DNA of 55,767 bases, counting the filler, from Stramenopiles sp. TOSAG23-2 (lineage: Eukaryota): assembly GCA_900128395.1 (NCBI GenBank). It is 4 parts of 4 records of this genome, joined end to end, with 100 filler letters (N's around TTAATTAATTAA, not from the genome) between each part and the next. Parts side by side here need not be neighbours in the genome. Positions count along the whole stretch, not along the records: positions 1 to 13,943 come from LT649780.1; 3 more parts are not named here. One strand, 5' to 3'. Shown here one piece after another: positions 1 through 12,499 of this stretch. Within the stretch, counting starts at the first letter, position 1, and each line of letters opens with the position of its first letter. The notes beneath the pieces were generated by a model that had not been told where the DNA came from, made no database searches, and saw only the letters and a program-made list of their open reading frames with translations. The position numbers and the translations under genes were made by a program.

Positions 1-277
1 TTCCTATCATATTTATACTTAATATAGTCCTTTTCATATACTCAGTAGATTTGTAGTGTTTGATATATTTGATAGGCCAGATTAGGTATTTTTTGTACTT
101 GAGTGAAGAAATTTTTCTCAAAAAAAATTTTTCTTTTTGTTTGTTTGGCAAATGGCAAGTTTTTGCATTTTAATTTCATTAATTTGCACACTGCAAATAA
201 TAAATTTTTTGACGTATAGATCTATATTTCTGAGGTTTATATCAACTAAGAGGATAATAGCAACATTTGTCATTAAC

Positions 278-787
278 ATGTATGATTATTTATTAGCATG
301 TTTCTTTTTATTTTGTTTATGGGGTAATATTTCGGTAGATATATGGATGGGAATGGACATCGATTTAAATACAACTGGTTATGAATTTCATAAAATTGTA
401 TATGATTCTGGAATTAAATATGACCCACTTTTTGTTGATAATTCACCATACATGAGATGGTCAGCATTTATTACGGCAATAGTTTACGCCCCATATTATG
501 TTATTGCATCCAAATGTTTATTTTATGGACAAGGACTTGGAAATCAAAATAGTTTTATACGTACGTATTCGTTTTATTATGCATATGGTATGTTTATAAA
601 TATGTCGATAGTATTGTATTTAGAGTTGACAGAATATTACAACAATACAACCTTAGCTCCTAGTTTAGGATTTTATTGGATTCCATGCGGTGCATATTGG
701 ATTGTTCCACTTTTAATAATTATTAGAATGAGAAAAGAAGATAAACAATATGGTACGATGAAGAATGAAACGGAGAAAGTGAAATAA
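278..787 (+). CDS. EXPERA/TM6SF (EBP/TMEM97-like) membrane protein
   Basis: First plausible ATG is at 278 within ORF 137-787. About 4 TM segments and a YDPLF..SPYMR pattern typical of the EXPERA domain. Confidence 0.6.
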   Translation: MYDYLLACFFLFCLWGNISVDIWMGMDIDLNTTGYEFHKIVYDSGIKYDPLFVDNSPYMRWSAFITAIVYAPYYVIASKCLFYGQGLGNQNSFIRTYSFYYAYGMFINMSIVLYLELTEYYNNTTLAPSLGFYWIPCGAYWIVPLLIIIRMRKEDKQYGTMKNETEKVK

Positions 788-929
788 AGTTGTAAAAATA
801 TTACGAATTTTAATAATAATCACATATGATGTACGTATTGGGAAAAAATTATTTACAGAACTATGCATATGATACCGTCTTTTTATTAATTTATATTTTT
901 ATTGAAACTCTATCGCAATGTTACAATTC

Positions 930-1031
930 ATTGTCCATCTTTCAGTTTAGTGAGATAGATATTATTGTCTCAGTTATTGTATTGTCCATCTTTCAGTTTA
1001 GTGAGATAGATATTATTGTCTCAGTTATTGT
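930..1031. repeat. Exact 51-bp tandem duplication
   Basis: attgtccatctttcagtttagtgagatagatattattgtctcagttattgt occurs at 930-980 and 981-1031. Confidence 0.95.
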
Positions 1032-1393
1032 AATCTTTCTGGAGAGTATAGGAATTATCATATGAGTAAATTAAAAAATAAGTTAATGCATTAATTTAAA
1101 TAAAAAATATTTTAAATTTTAAATATTTTTTTAAAAATAATAAAATATTAATATATATTTAATTAAATAATATTATATTACAAAATTACAATGTAGCTCC
1201 AGCAGCTGTTGTATTATTGAAGCTAAGCGATGGATATAAAAAAATATTGCCAATACATATTGTTCCATAAGATAATACACAGTATAGTATCATATTTTAT
1301 TATACTAATGTGCTATTCAATATTTTTCACAAAAAATTGAAAGTCAATGCTAATGCCATAGCCAGCATGGCCAAACACAAAAAGATATATAAA

Positions 1394-1402
1394 TACCTGG
1401 TA
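1394..1402. promoter_or_regulatory. TACCWGGTA palindromic intergenic motif (representative of 7 exact copies seen)
   Basis: Also at 3772, 6078, 9185, 13604, 18053 and 49102; all intergenic, six of seven upstream of a start codon. Confidence 0.55.
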
Positions 1403-1612
1403 TAAATATATTGAATAATTTTATTATTTATTATCCAAATAGTATCGTGCTATATCTATTTATTGAAATATATTTTGTACATACTATAATTGAAGAACTA
1501 TATATAGAATCACACTTTATACAAAAATTAAAATTTTTAAGAAAAAGCTGATATCTTTTGTAATATAATTGGTATTTTTTGTTATATATTTTTTTTCTTT
1601 AATATAAAAGTG

Positions 1613-3439
1613 ATGAAAAGTAATAATAATAAATTATTGAAAACAGCAACAGAAAAACCAGCTGTTCCATTAACAACAGTGACTGGATTCATGAAAAATG
1701 TAAACAATATTACATCAGAAGATCAAGTAACAACCATACTGCATATGCGTTTGATGGATGCAAAACATCGTGTTGAATTTGAAAAATGGTTAGCTGGTAT
1801 ATTGAAAGCATCGCAAGAATGGAAAAAAAATGCGTGGTCAGGTAGAATTGTTTTACGTCCACCAAAAAAGGATGTTGATTATGTTGTATTGTTTCGTTTT
1901 AAAACTCATAAATTAATGGAAGGTTGGTTATGTAGCCCGGAACGACGTTTGTGGTTAAATAAACTTTCTAAATTAAACATTGTTGAGACGATTGATAAAG
2001 ATTTACAAGAAGGCAATGTTGTGTTTCTGCCACAAGGTATGGTAAATGCTGCTTGGTCATCTTTATCTGGGCAGGAAAACATTATATCGCCAACAATAAC
2101 AAAAACAATTAAACGTTCTCCGCCACCACCAAAATGGCGTTCTGCTATGATAGTTTGGGTATCGCTTCAAATGACAGTAATTCCATGGACACTTTTTGTA
2201 CATCCAACTTTACATGAATATTCTGGACTTCCACCATACATAAATCTATTAATTACATTAACAATAATTGTTGCAGTGGTAAAATGGTTATTGATCCCAA
2301 CTCTTGATCGTTTATGTAAATGCTTTCTTTTTGGTAAAACATTTCCTGCTATGGAACCTTGCCTTTCATGCCAAAAAGGATGCCCATGTTGCCGACCATC
2401 AAGTACAAAAACAAAAAATATTGATGTATATGCTGAAAAATTGGAAATATTAGAGCGACAACTACAAAATACAAGACGTATTAATGGTGTAGGAAGAAGA
2501 AGGCTTTTAGAACGTATTGAAACTATTGAAGCAGCTACGTTTATTGATAATCACGTTGGGCAGACAAAAGAAAAAGATACTGTCGATGAAGTCGCAATTG
2601 AAATTTTATCTCTCCCTGGTAAAGTAGTGATTAATGAAACAAATGCACTTTTATCAAAACAATATCAAAATGAAAAAAATGATATGATGATGGAAAGTGC
2701 AAATAGTACAGGTGATATTGCCATGACTGTTAGTATAGGTTACAATGTAAAACCAGAATGTGAAGTTCAATTTGAAGAATGGTTACATGAAATATCTAGA
2801 ACGGCTGCTACACGGGTGGAAGGGCATCAAGGTGCATTATTAATTAAAATTCCACCATCCACAAGAGGTAAAAATAACCATCAGACATTTTTTACACATG
2901 TCATTGTATTTCAATTTGATACAGATGAACATCTTCAAGAATGGGCAAAACATCCAGCAAGGCATGAACTAGTGGATAGACTTGGGCCACTGCTTGCTGA
3001 TAAATCATTAACAGAAGTACGGGTTGCTAGTTATGATAGTTTTTCTGATTTATTTAATGATAGTAATATTGAGGATGGGATTAATAATAATAATACTAGG
3101 AATAACAATATACGTCGTACACCTCAAAATTGGAAAATGGCGATTGTATTGATTTTTTCATTATTTTTAGTAATCACATACTTTAACGGGCCATACATCA
3201 TGCCACTATTGAACAAATGGAATGCTGGGACTGTTATTATTGTTATGGTAACAACGTTAGTAAATGTATTTGCCCTTGCATTTGTACTGCTTCCTATTTT
3301 AGTTCCAGCATGTCATATATGGATATTTGCACCATGGGTAGAATCAACAAATAGCTTCATAGCATTATGCCAACGTGGTTTTCCATGTTTTGATACTGTT
3401 GGAAAACGTATGGGTAATCCAGGTAATGATAAAAAATGA
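1613..3439 (+). CDS. Tandem ABM-superfamily (COG3224-like) dimeric alpha/beta-barrel plus transmembrane protein
   Basis: Two copies of F-E-x-W-L...(Y/H)VxxF(R/Q)FxTxxxxxxWxxxPxRxxx, each followed by PPxW(R/K)xAxV and TM helices. Confidence 0.75.
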   Translation: MKSNNNKLLKTATEKPAVPLTTVTGFMKNVNNITSEDQVTTILHMRLMDAKHRVEFEKWLAGILKASQEWKKNAWSGRIVLRPPKKDVDYVVLFRFKTHKLMEGWLCSPERRLWLNKLSKLNIVETIDKDLQEGNVVFLPQGMVNAAWSSLSGQENIISPTITKTIKRSPPPPKWRSAMIVWVSLQMTVIPWTLFVHPTLHEYSGLPPYINLLITLTIIVAVVKWLLIPTLDRLCKCFLFGKTFPAMEPCLSCQKGCPCCRPSSTKTKNIDVYAEKLEILERQLQNTRRINGVGRRRLLERIETIEAATFIDNHVGQTKEKDTVDEVAIEILSLPGKVVINETNALLSKQYQNEKNDMMMESANSTGDIAMTVSIGYNVKPECEVQFEEWLHEISRTAATRVEGHQGALLIKIPPSTRGKNNHQTFFTHVIVFQFDTDEHLQEWAKHPARHELVDRLGPLLADKSLTEVRVASYDSFSDLFNDSNIEDGINNNNTRNNNIRRTPQNWKMAIVLIFSLFLVITYFNGPYIMPLLNKWNAGTVIIVMVTTLVNVFALAFVLLPILVPACHIWIFAPWVESTNSFIALCQRGFPCFDTVGKRMGNPGNDKK

Positions 3440-4042
3440 AAGGGAAAAAAAAAAAAGGAGAAGAGGAGAGAGGACCAGGAGGACAAAATTTAAAAGGGTG
3501 CGACAATGAATGGAATGCATATTGAACATCCATCATCCTTTATTGATATTTTCACACCAATAATATTATATATATATAAGTATATATAAGTATATATGTT
3601 TTTTACATTTTTCCACGCGCGTTTTACACATATGTGACACACACACCTCTTCCAACACATTGAAACATTTTAATTTCAAACACAAAATGCGTGAACTATA
3701 CGACTAGGCTATTATTATACGACGTATTAATAGTAGCTCTAGTACAGTACGAGAGTAGTACAATAGTCGTCTACCTGGTATTAGTAGTAGTGGTTATTAT
3801 GATACTGGTGTAGTAGTAGTGATTATATTATGATAACGAGGCCACACTTTAACCTTTAACTTATTATTATTACCTTTATATTATTAATTGAATTATTAAT
3901 AATATCATTATTATTCCAGGCTCCTCGTAGTCGAGCTTGCCTCCTAGAGGAAAACACATCATATAGACACACACATAAATACATATATACATTATATAAA
4001 TATCATTAAAATGCATTGGACTAGACTACGAACAACGGAAAT

Positions 4043-5701
4043 ATGAAATCGGTAAACAACAATGATTTACAACTTTCATTGATTCAAGGGGATGCACTTG
4101 CTGAAAATAGCAGCACTGACATAATGGAGGAAGGCAGCTCTTCCTCATCATCTTCATCAAATGTTAATGAAGAAAAAACTCGCAGCAGTTCGTACATAGA
4201 CTCTTTAGCACCTGAATATCGTAATGTAGTAAGAAAAGGTAAATCGGTTTTACACACCATCTCTTTGAGTGTCGTTATTGTTGCATTTGTTGTAGCTCTT
4301 GTTATACCGTCAAAACCAGCCAAAGGTGGTCTGTGCCTTTTTATCATGGCGGTGATATGGGTCACGGAATTACTTCCATTACCAACAAGTTCTTTGTTGC
4401 CGATATTTCTATTTTCCTTCACAAACATCATGCATGCGAAGGCTATTTCAAAAGTTTTTTGGAATGCAAATTCTTTCCTATTTAGCACCGGTTTCCTAAT
4501 GGGCGGCGCTGTTCAACGTTGGGATTTGCACAAACGCTTAGCAGTTAATATTGTATTGACAACTGGAACTAATGTTGTAGTACTGCTATTTATGATAATG
4601 TTTGCTGCATGGGTTATGTCTATGTGGATAAATAATTCTGCTGCTATTTTATGTTTGCTTCCAGTAGTTAAACGATTTTTAAGTAGTATCCCGGTAAGAC
4701 ATGCTGCCTTTAAAAAGGGCACTTTACTTGCCATGGCATACGCTTCAAGTATTGGGGGAATGGCTACTATTGTCGGTTCTTTAACAAATGGGGTCGCCAT
4801 GGGGGTATTTGAAAACAACTTTGGAACTGAATTTGGATTCGGGGAATTTCTTGTAATAGCATTGCCGTTCTCCACAATTATGCTGATTGTTGCATGGTTG
4901 TTCACCTGCATTAGGCATATATGGTTCTCAAGCAGTGGTACCATCGAGGTTAATTTAGATGAATTCCGCAAAATGAGAAGGGAACTTGGTCCAATGAAAC
5001 GAGAAGAAAAAATAGTGTGCGTCTATCTATTTGTATTAATTTTAGTTTGGTGTTTCGCTAGGCCAATTAAAGCAGCGCTAGGTTTGCTATTCATTGAGAC
5101 TGCATCAATTGGTATGATTTTCACATTTCCATTGTTTTTCATACCTGCGACGACAAGAAAGTTAGAAAAGATTGAAGGAGAAGTTGTCATAGCCGAAAAT
5201 ATTCTTGATTGGAAATACGTGAAAACTGTATTTAGATGGGAAATTCTGTTGATCTTTGGTAGTGGGTATATGGTTGCAGCTGGTACAACGAAAAGCGGGT
5301 TCGTTGCTTGGGCAGCGCAACAAATTGGTGTAATGCCGGAGTTACAGTTGGTGGTAATCGTTGCCTTTTTAATATGTTTTATGACTGAAGTTATTTCGAA
5401 CATGGCATGTATTAATATATTCGCTCCACTTGTTATGCAAATTGCTGCGACTATGGGATACGATCCAATGAAATTTTTATTCATTTGTTCCATATCTGCA
5501 TCCTTTGCATTTATGCTACCGATGGCATGTGGACCAAATATGATTGTTTACGGGACTGGGAAAGATTTTTCCTTACGATTCATGATAAAAAATGGTTTGT
5601 ATTTAAATCTTATTGCAGTTTTCGTTGGTATTGTATATATGAATTACATTATGCCATCGCTTTTACCTACCGGGTACACATATGCACCAACAACTGTATA
5701 A
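4043..5701 (+). CDS. DASS/SLC13 sodium:dicarboxylate/sulfate symporter
   Basis: Motifs WVTELLPL, LHKRLA, SMWINN, ASSIGGMAT, TEVISN, AFMLPMACGPN; many TM helices. Confidence 0.92.
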   Translation: MKSVNNNDLQLSLIQGDALAENSSTDIMEEGSSSSSSSSNVNEEKTRSSSYIDSLAPEYRNVVRKGKSVLHTISLSVVIVAFVVALVIPSKPAKGGLCLFIMAVIWVTELLPLPTSSLLPIFLFSFTNIMHAKAISKVFWNANSFLFSTGFLMGGAVQRWDLHKRLAVNIVLTTGTNVVVLLFMIMFAAWVMSMWINNSAAILCLLPVVKRFLSSIPVRHAAFKKGTLLAMAYASSIGGMATIVGSLTNGVAMGVFENNFGTEFGFGEFLVIALPFSTIMLIVAWLFTCIRHIWFSSSGTIEVNLDEFRKMRRELGPMKREEKIVCVYLFVLILVWCFARPIKAALGLLFIETASIGMIFTFPLFFIPATTRKLEKIEGEVVIAENILDWKYVKTVFRWEILLIFGSGYMVAAGTTKSGFVAWAAQQIGVMPELQLVVIVAFLICFMTEVISNMACINIFAPLVMQIAATMGYDPMKFLFICSISASFAFMLPMACGPNMIVYGTGKDFSLRFMIKNGLYLNLIAVFVGIVYMNYIMPSLLPTGYTYAPTTV

Positions 5702-6354
5702 GAAAAAAAAAAATGTTTTACGGTGCACAATTTTTTAAATTTTCATGTGGAAAAGAATTTGATACATGCCAGTATGTGCGTATATGCCAGTATGTGTATG
5801 TTACTTGGTAGTATACTAACCAGATTAAATTCCGTATTCGGGCAAAAAAGATATTCTTTTTACTGTATTCCTTATAGCAAGTTTTAGTTTCAGCCACAGT
5901 CAGCACGCTTTCAATGTATGTCAATAATATTATAATACCTATAACAAAAGATATTCTTAATGCTGTGATTATATAATTCATATATTTCAAGTTACTACGA
6001 GGAGTCGTATTACTATGCCTGTACAGGTACATGTAAATACTGGAATACTGGAATACCTCTGTACCGTACGCACGTACTACCAGGTATAGCAACTATACAT
6101 GTAGTATTGTAAAAAAAAAGATATTATATGATGTGGAGAGAGCTGGAGAGAGTAAAAGTAAAATCATATACATAAATATGATGTACAAAATAGACTGAAG
6201 GGAGTAAAAGTAAATTCATATAAATTAAAATAAAACAATATTCCAGAAGAATACACTGTTTAAAACAGAAAAGAAAAGATCAAAAAAAAAAATATAGAAT
6301 ACATCATATTTTCGTTACACACATTTTCGTTATATAAATATCGAGCAAGCCATT

Positions 6355-8628
6355 ATGACACCGGAGGCATTTCCAATTTATGTAACTCTTGCAATTTACA
6401 TCCTTGCAATGTTTGCAGTGACATTCATTGCCAATCGACAAAATAGCGCTGCAGAAGCAGAATTGGGTGAAGATGCTGCCATCAAAACCCATTTTTTAGG
6501 AGGGAAAGATTTCGGTGTTGTTATTTTAACATTAACCACGTTTGCAAGTTTATTCTCAGGGTTCACAGTCGTTGGTGTTCCAAATGAAGCAGGGAAAAAT
6601 GGTTTTACTACCTTTCGTTGGGTGGGAATAGTATACATGGTTGGTATAAGTTTTTCCATAGTTAATCCTCGTTTGAGACGGTTGAGTATATTTCGTAACT
6701 ATGAATCACCTGGGGATTTCATAATGGACAGATACAATTCGGTAGCATTGAAATTTCTAGCGGTAATATGCATGTGCGTGCCACAAATTTTATACCTTGC
6801 AGTGCAATTCCATGCATTAACTTCTATGATAACTAACACAACAGGCATTGCTGCTACGGAGGAAAATATGGGATTATTTATCCTTTGTAAGTATAGTAAT
6901 ATACATAAAGACATTCCCCCCCCCCCCCCCCCGGATTGTTCTTTCTATCATACTGCTTTTGATATTTGAAGCAATAGGTGGAATGAGAAGTGTGGCATAT
7001 ACAGATGCAGCACAATCTGCAATAATGGTATTTGTGTTTGCTGCGGTACCATTAGTAATTCTTAATGAATATGGTGGTTTTATAGGACAAATGGCTTCGC
7101 CATCACAGAATAATGGAATTTGTTCCGCAGCAAGGACATTTAATGAATCAGGCAAGACGCTAATAACCAACCCTGGATAGTAAGTATAAATTTTTATTCC
7201 TTTACACCTACAGTAGATATACCCTCACTAACACTGCACACATTCTATATAATTGTAATTTTCGTTAGTGGCTGTATTAACTTCCTAAATGGGGAACTTA
7301 TTACACCGAAGAAAACATTTATTGCGGACAATTACCTTTTAAGAACGCCTTCAACCATTACCAATATTAATACTTTGATGTTTTACATTTCTGGATTAAC
7401 ATTTGCGATACATCCACATATGTTACAACGTGTTTTATCTGCGAAAAACGATAAAGATTTGAAATTTGTTACACGTACTGTATTTGCGACACCATGGTAT
7501 GCTTTCCCAGGGATGATTTTGCTTGGACTAACTGCATCGGCAAACAAAATGACCTTTAATGAAAAAAATCAAGGTTTACCTGCCTTTTCTGCATACCTTA
7601 ATGAATTGATGGAAGATCAGTCATCTCCATTTAAAAACCTACTTGGATATTTAATCGTTCTAGCAGCAATTGCTGGTATTATGTCGACTGCAGATAGTTG
7701 TTTAATTGGCGTGTCTAATACCGTATCCGTTGATTTGTATAAAGGTTATTACAACAAAAATGCTACAGGGAGACAAACTATTTATTTTGGTAAATTCGTA
7801 AGTCTCGTAACTGCAATTTTAGCGGGTGTCGTGTCTGTATATTTACATGCAGAGCAATTAAGAACAAAGAAACCTGCAGTTTTAAATTACGGCACATTAC
7901 TTACTTTCCAAAATGGTATTCTGTGGCAAGCATTCCCAGCTTTCATGTTTGGCCTATGGACAAACATTTCAAAACAAATTGTAACTACTGGCGTTGTCCT
8001 TGGATTAACAACTAGCGTTACTCTAATGTTTTATCAAGCGGTTGCAAATGGCAGTAAAGATGTCGATAAGCTATGGGTCAGCTTTCATCCAGATTTTGCA
8101 AGTGTAGATGCTTCAATCGATCCTTTGATCGGATCGTTTGTAAATGTAGTGGTTTGCATAATAGGCCTGTCTTTACAAAATAACACTGAATCATCAGATG
8201 ATGATGAAGTTGGAGATTCTTTGAATAATTCATTACTACGCGAAGGAGAGGATGCATCAGTAAAAGGTTTTGGATCTTTAACACATGGAAAAATAAAATC
8301 GTATGTAGAAGGGATGACAGAACCATTTACATACAATCGTGGAATGTATCTCTGGTTGTGCCTTGGCTTTGTTGCGATTTCCTTTTTACCAAGAATTGAC
8401 CCGGTTTCCAATGACCTGAAAAACAAGCAAGTATTACTTACTGGAAGTGTAAATGCACTCATTCTGGGATTACCTTCATGGGTGTTTTGGGAAATGTTTT
8501 TCTTAGTAATTGCTGCAATATTTGGAATTCTTGGTGTTCATATGTGGAAAACAGGAGGCGAGGAAAATGCCTACAAAAGTGGAGATGGGGATTTACAATA
8601 CGAACTGATGGATAATGGTGAAAAATAA
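6355..8628 (+). CDS. Sodium:solute symporter (SSS/SLC5), 3 exons (about 6355-6886, 6933-7179, 7269-8628)
   Basis: HFLGGK, FSGFTVVG, GGMRSVAYTD, PHMLQR, IMSTADS motifs. GTAAGT donors at 6887 and 7180. Intron 2 has a CTAAC branch point and TAG at 7268 and restores the frame. The intron 1 acceptor is obscured by a C17 run. Confidence 0.88.
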
Positions 8629-9471
8629 AGGAAAACTTACGAACGTTTCGTAACATGGAACACCGTATCATGTATGATAAGAGTATTTTGAATGGTGCAT
8701 TTGGCATGTCTATCAAATTGACTGCTTGAAGTAATGTGTACGTTCGTATGATACTCTATCATACGAACTTAATCAAATATATTATATCAAAATATTACGA
8801 AGTAAAATATATACATCATCATGACTGGTATATTATTAATATTTATTGTTGATTGATGTAAACATAAAATGGATTCCTATTTCCTATTATATTCTTCTGA
8901 ATATTATATATATAATACTCGTACACGAGAAGTGTAAAATTATTATAACTTATAGATTTAAAAAAAAAAAAAAATATTATTGCGTGTGTGAAAAATATAA
9001 AAAAATATAAAATAAATGTGCCGCAATGGTATCAATGTATATGCATGTATGTACAAATTTGTATATATACATATGTAGTAGTCGTCTATTATTTATTTAT
9101 ATATATTAAATTATTTCTATACCTAGGTATTTTTCTTCTTGCATTTGCCAGGATTGCTCTCCAAACGTCTACCATCATGGACAATACCTGGTAGTAATTC
9201 CATGTTAATTTTAAGTTTTTTATATTTACTGTAATTTATTTATTATGTCCAATTTTTTGATCAAGGCAAAAAAAAATATGTATCATACTACTCCTGCAAA
9301 ATATTTTGGCAACAAAAAATTACCTGCTTAGGGCTTGACGAGATAAGCACTTTTGAACAGCAATATCTACGTTCGTATATGAGTACTTATTTACTAAATA
9401 GATTAAAAAATAAATATTTGGTGTTGGTTTGCATATTAAAAAAAAATGTAAAATCGATTAGAAATTATCAC

Positions 9472-10751
9472 CTATGATAACTCATTGGATAAATCAGCTA
9501 CACGTTGTGTAATTGCATCATAAACCAGTTCAACGCCATCTAAATCTCCTTTAGTCAACGCAATATCTGTTTCTGGCCGTAAAATATCTTGTAATAAGTA
9601 CATTGCATGAAAATATAAATTTTGTGCTTGTTTCAATAAAATATTATCAAACAGCTTGTCGTTCTTTTCGTCATTATCATTATTATTACCATCATCGACT
9701 TTGCCAGTAGTAGGAGTAGTAGTTGTAGAAGTAACCTTTTTAGACATTCCACTTTTAATCTTATGAAGCTCCTCCAATGCTGAGGCTCTACGCCCCATTG
9801 ATATGGCAGCAGAATACATTATAGTTTCTTCCGGTTTTAATTGAATATTGTCACTCTTTTTTCTAGATTCAGCTGCTCTGTATGCATATCTTGTCTGTGC
9901 CCTACATGCATCAGCTTTGTCAATAACAGCATGTAAACTAGACCATAATACTGAACGGGACTCATCATTGCCACCAATACAATCCAACGATTTCTGAAGC
10001 AAATGCAATGCCCTAGCATAGAAAGCAAACGACAATGCCAATGCTTCGCATACTGTCTCCTCTGTACCTAATCCTGCCGGTAGAGACCAAGATCGACTTA
10101 ACGATACTTTATTGTGTAATATTGCCATCCTAGCATCTGCTAAATGTGCTACTGCTAATCCACGCTTCCATAAATTTTCCCAAAATTGACCGGACGCATT
10201 AACTTTATTTGTATCAGTACTAACATTATTTTTTGTCCAATTGTTATTCATGACATTTATATTTGCATTCATTGGATTATTATTATCATTACTATAGATG
10301 TTATGAATATTATTATTGCTGTTATTATTCGATCGTATACCAGTTGGTGTTGTTTTGTTTAATATTGATAAATTATCTCGACTATTATTTCTACTTGAAG
10401 CGGATAATTTTCGATTTTGTTGATAGTGTTGTTGTTGATTATTATTTTTATTGATATAATTATAAATTTCATTGTCATAGTTGTTACCATTGTTGTTGTT
10501 ATTATTATTATGGGAAGATGCAGCTACGACAACAAATTCATCATCACTTTGAAATTTATCAATACTACTATTTTTTGAATTATTTGCACTATTGTTTTTA
10601 GACGAAGTATTAGATCTGTCATTTGTTAGGCTACTTGTTAACATATTCATAGTTAAATGAACAGAACTTTGTGATGCATTTGTAAGATTACTCATATCCA
10701 ATTCTAAACTATCCATGCCTAACGCAGTACCTCCACCAGTCACAATGTCAC

Positions 10752-10784
<33 letters not shown>

Positions 10785-11730
10785 TGTTATTGAAATTATC
10801 ATGATTTCCTCTAGGAATTTCGACAGACAATGTATTATTATCATTATTATTATTATTATTACTACTACTTGAAGGAACGTTTCTATTGCGAGACGGTGTT
10901 ATTTTCAAAAATGTACAATTTAAAAACGCATCAAACGACATTCGTTCAGTTGGTTTAACACGCAATAAACCAGTTAAAAGTTCAATAGCACTGGGAGACA
11001 ATACAACAGAGCGTGGAATATTTAATTGACCTTTTTCAATGTTATTTAATAACGATCGTCGACCTTGACCAGTAAACGGAGGACGTTTCGTCAGCATTTC
11101 AAACATAATAGCCCCAACACTCCATAAATCAGCATTTGCACGATATTTTTGTAGACGTAATATTTCAGGTGCCATGTACAGTGGTGAACCACACGTAGTT
11201 TCTGCCATTGTAGCTTCTTCTAAATGTCGAGCAAAACCAAAATCAGCAATTTTAAGTGTTGGTATGCTTGAATGCATGGATGACTTTAATAATAAATTCT
11301 GTGGTTTCAAATCACGATGTATATACTTCTTTGACCACATGAATTTCAATCCATTTGCTAAATCATTCATAAATATATGTACAACATATTCCTCTAGACG
11401 ACCATTTTTTTGTAAATATTGATGTAAATCACCACCGTCACAAAATTCCATGACTAAAAATATAAATTCACCTCTTGACGATGTTTTATCGATACCATGT
11501 AAGCCAACAATATTTGGATGTTTAAAGTCTTTAAGTATACGTATTTCACATTCTAAATTTTCCCGCAGTTTGCTGTTTAATTTCTTTCCTAAAATAGCTT
11601 TCACAGCTACTTGTTCACCATTATTATCGTGTACAGCTCGATAAACCTGTGCAAATGAACCTGAACCTAAATGGTTTACAAAACGATATGGGCCAACATG
11701 TGTCGGCATTTTCTTCATCATTTCATCCAT
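9472..11730 (-). CDS. ATG1: ULK/ATG1 serine/threonine kinase
   Basis: GSGSFAQV, HRDLKPQNLLL, IADFGFAR, CGSPLYMAPE; Asn-rich linker; C-terminal helical EAT/MIT-like region. Confidence 0.88.
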
Positions 11731-12499
11731 CTTATATCGGTATTTACCTAATTCTCTCTCTATATATATAGATACACACACGCGCGCGCGTACTACAAAC
11801 CTTTTCTCTCTCTATAAATATGTATATATATGTATGGCGATGAAGATCTTACCATTCTTACTTCATGTTTCTACTATTCATAATCATTTTTTTTTTACAT
11901 GAACTAAGATTTGTATAATAAATGAATTATGATGAGCACATGATGATGAATTTTATTATTATTCAAAAACAAGTATAAAATTAGAATACTAAAATTATTG
12001 TATGTATAATATAATTATAGATAGTGTGTTATTATATTATAATATATATAGGAAAATATGGAATTAAAATGTAAAAATTTTCTAATTTTTATTTTAATTT
12101 ATTATCGAGACATCATGGCACTACCACTGGTGGTATGTGATAAAAAATGTTGTATTTTTTTAGAAGATAAATACCTTGTATACCGACGAGTATATATATC
12201 TCATGTTGTTTGATATAATATGACACATTAAATGCTCCCTTTCTTTTCTCCTAATATTGCTTTTGTTGCATTTATGTATAGTGTATGTCATATTTTACGA
12301 TCATACATTATATATTTTGTTTCATACGAAAAAAATATAACATTTTGGGTTTCATAATAAATGATGTTTGTATTTTTATGCCATTTGTAATATTATTATT
12401 GCAGCTATTATACGCCGTATCAAATATATCTATAAAAATATATGTGTGACTTTTCAATAGTTGCAATATACATTATATATATATTGCAACGTAGTCAAT

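Noticed and set aside
4084-5493. Antisense ORFs over the DASS gene, and similar ones over PPase, kinesin, RhaEW and ARM genes
   Set aside because: Shadow ORFs from codon bias, with no recognisable motifs.
10260-10870. AAT/TAA microsatellites
   Set aside because: They encode poly-Asn linkers of ATG1, which is ordinary for AT-rich protist genes.
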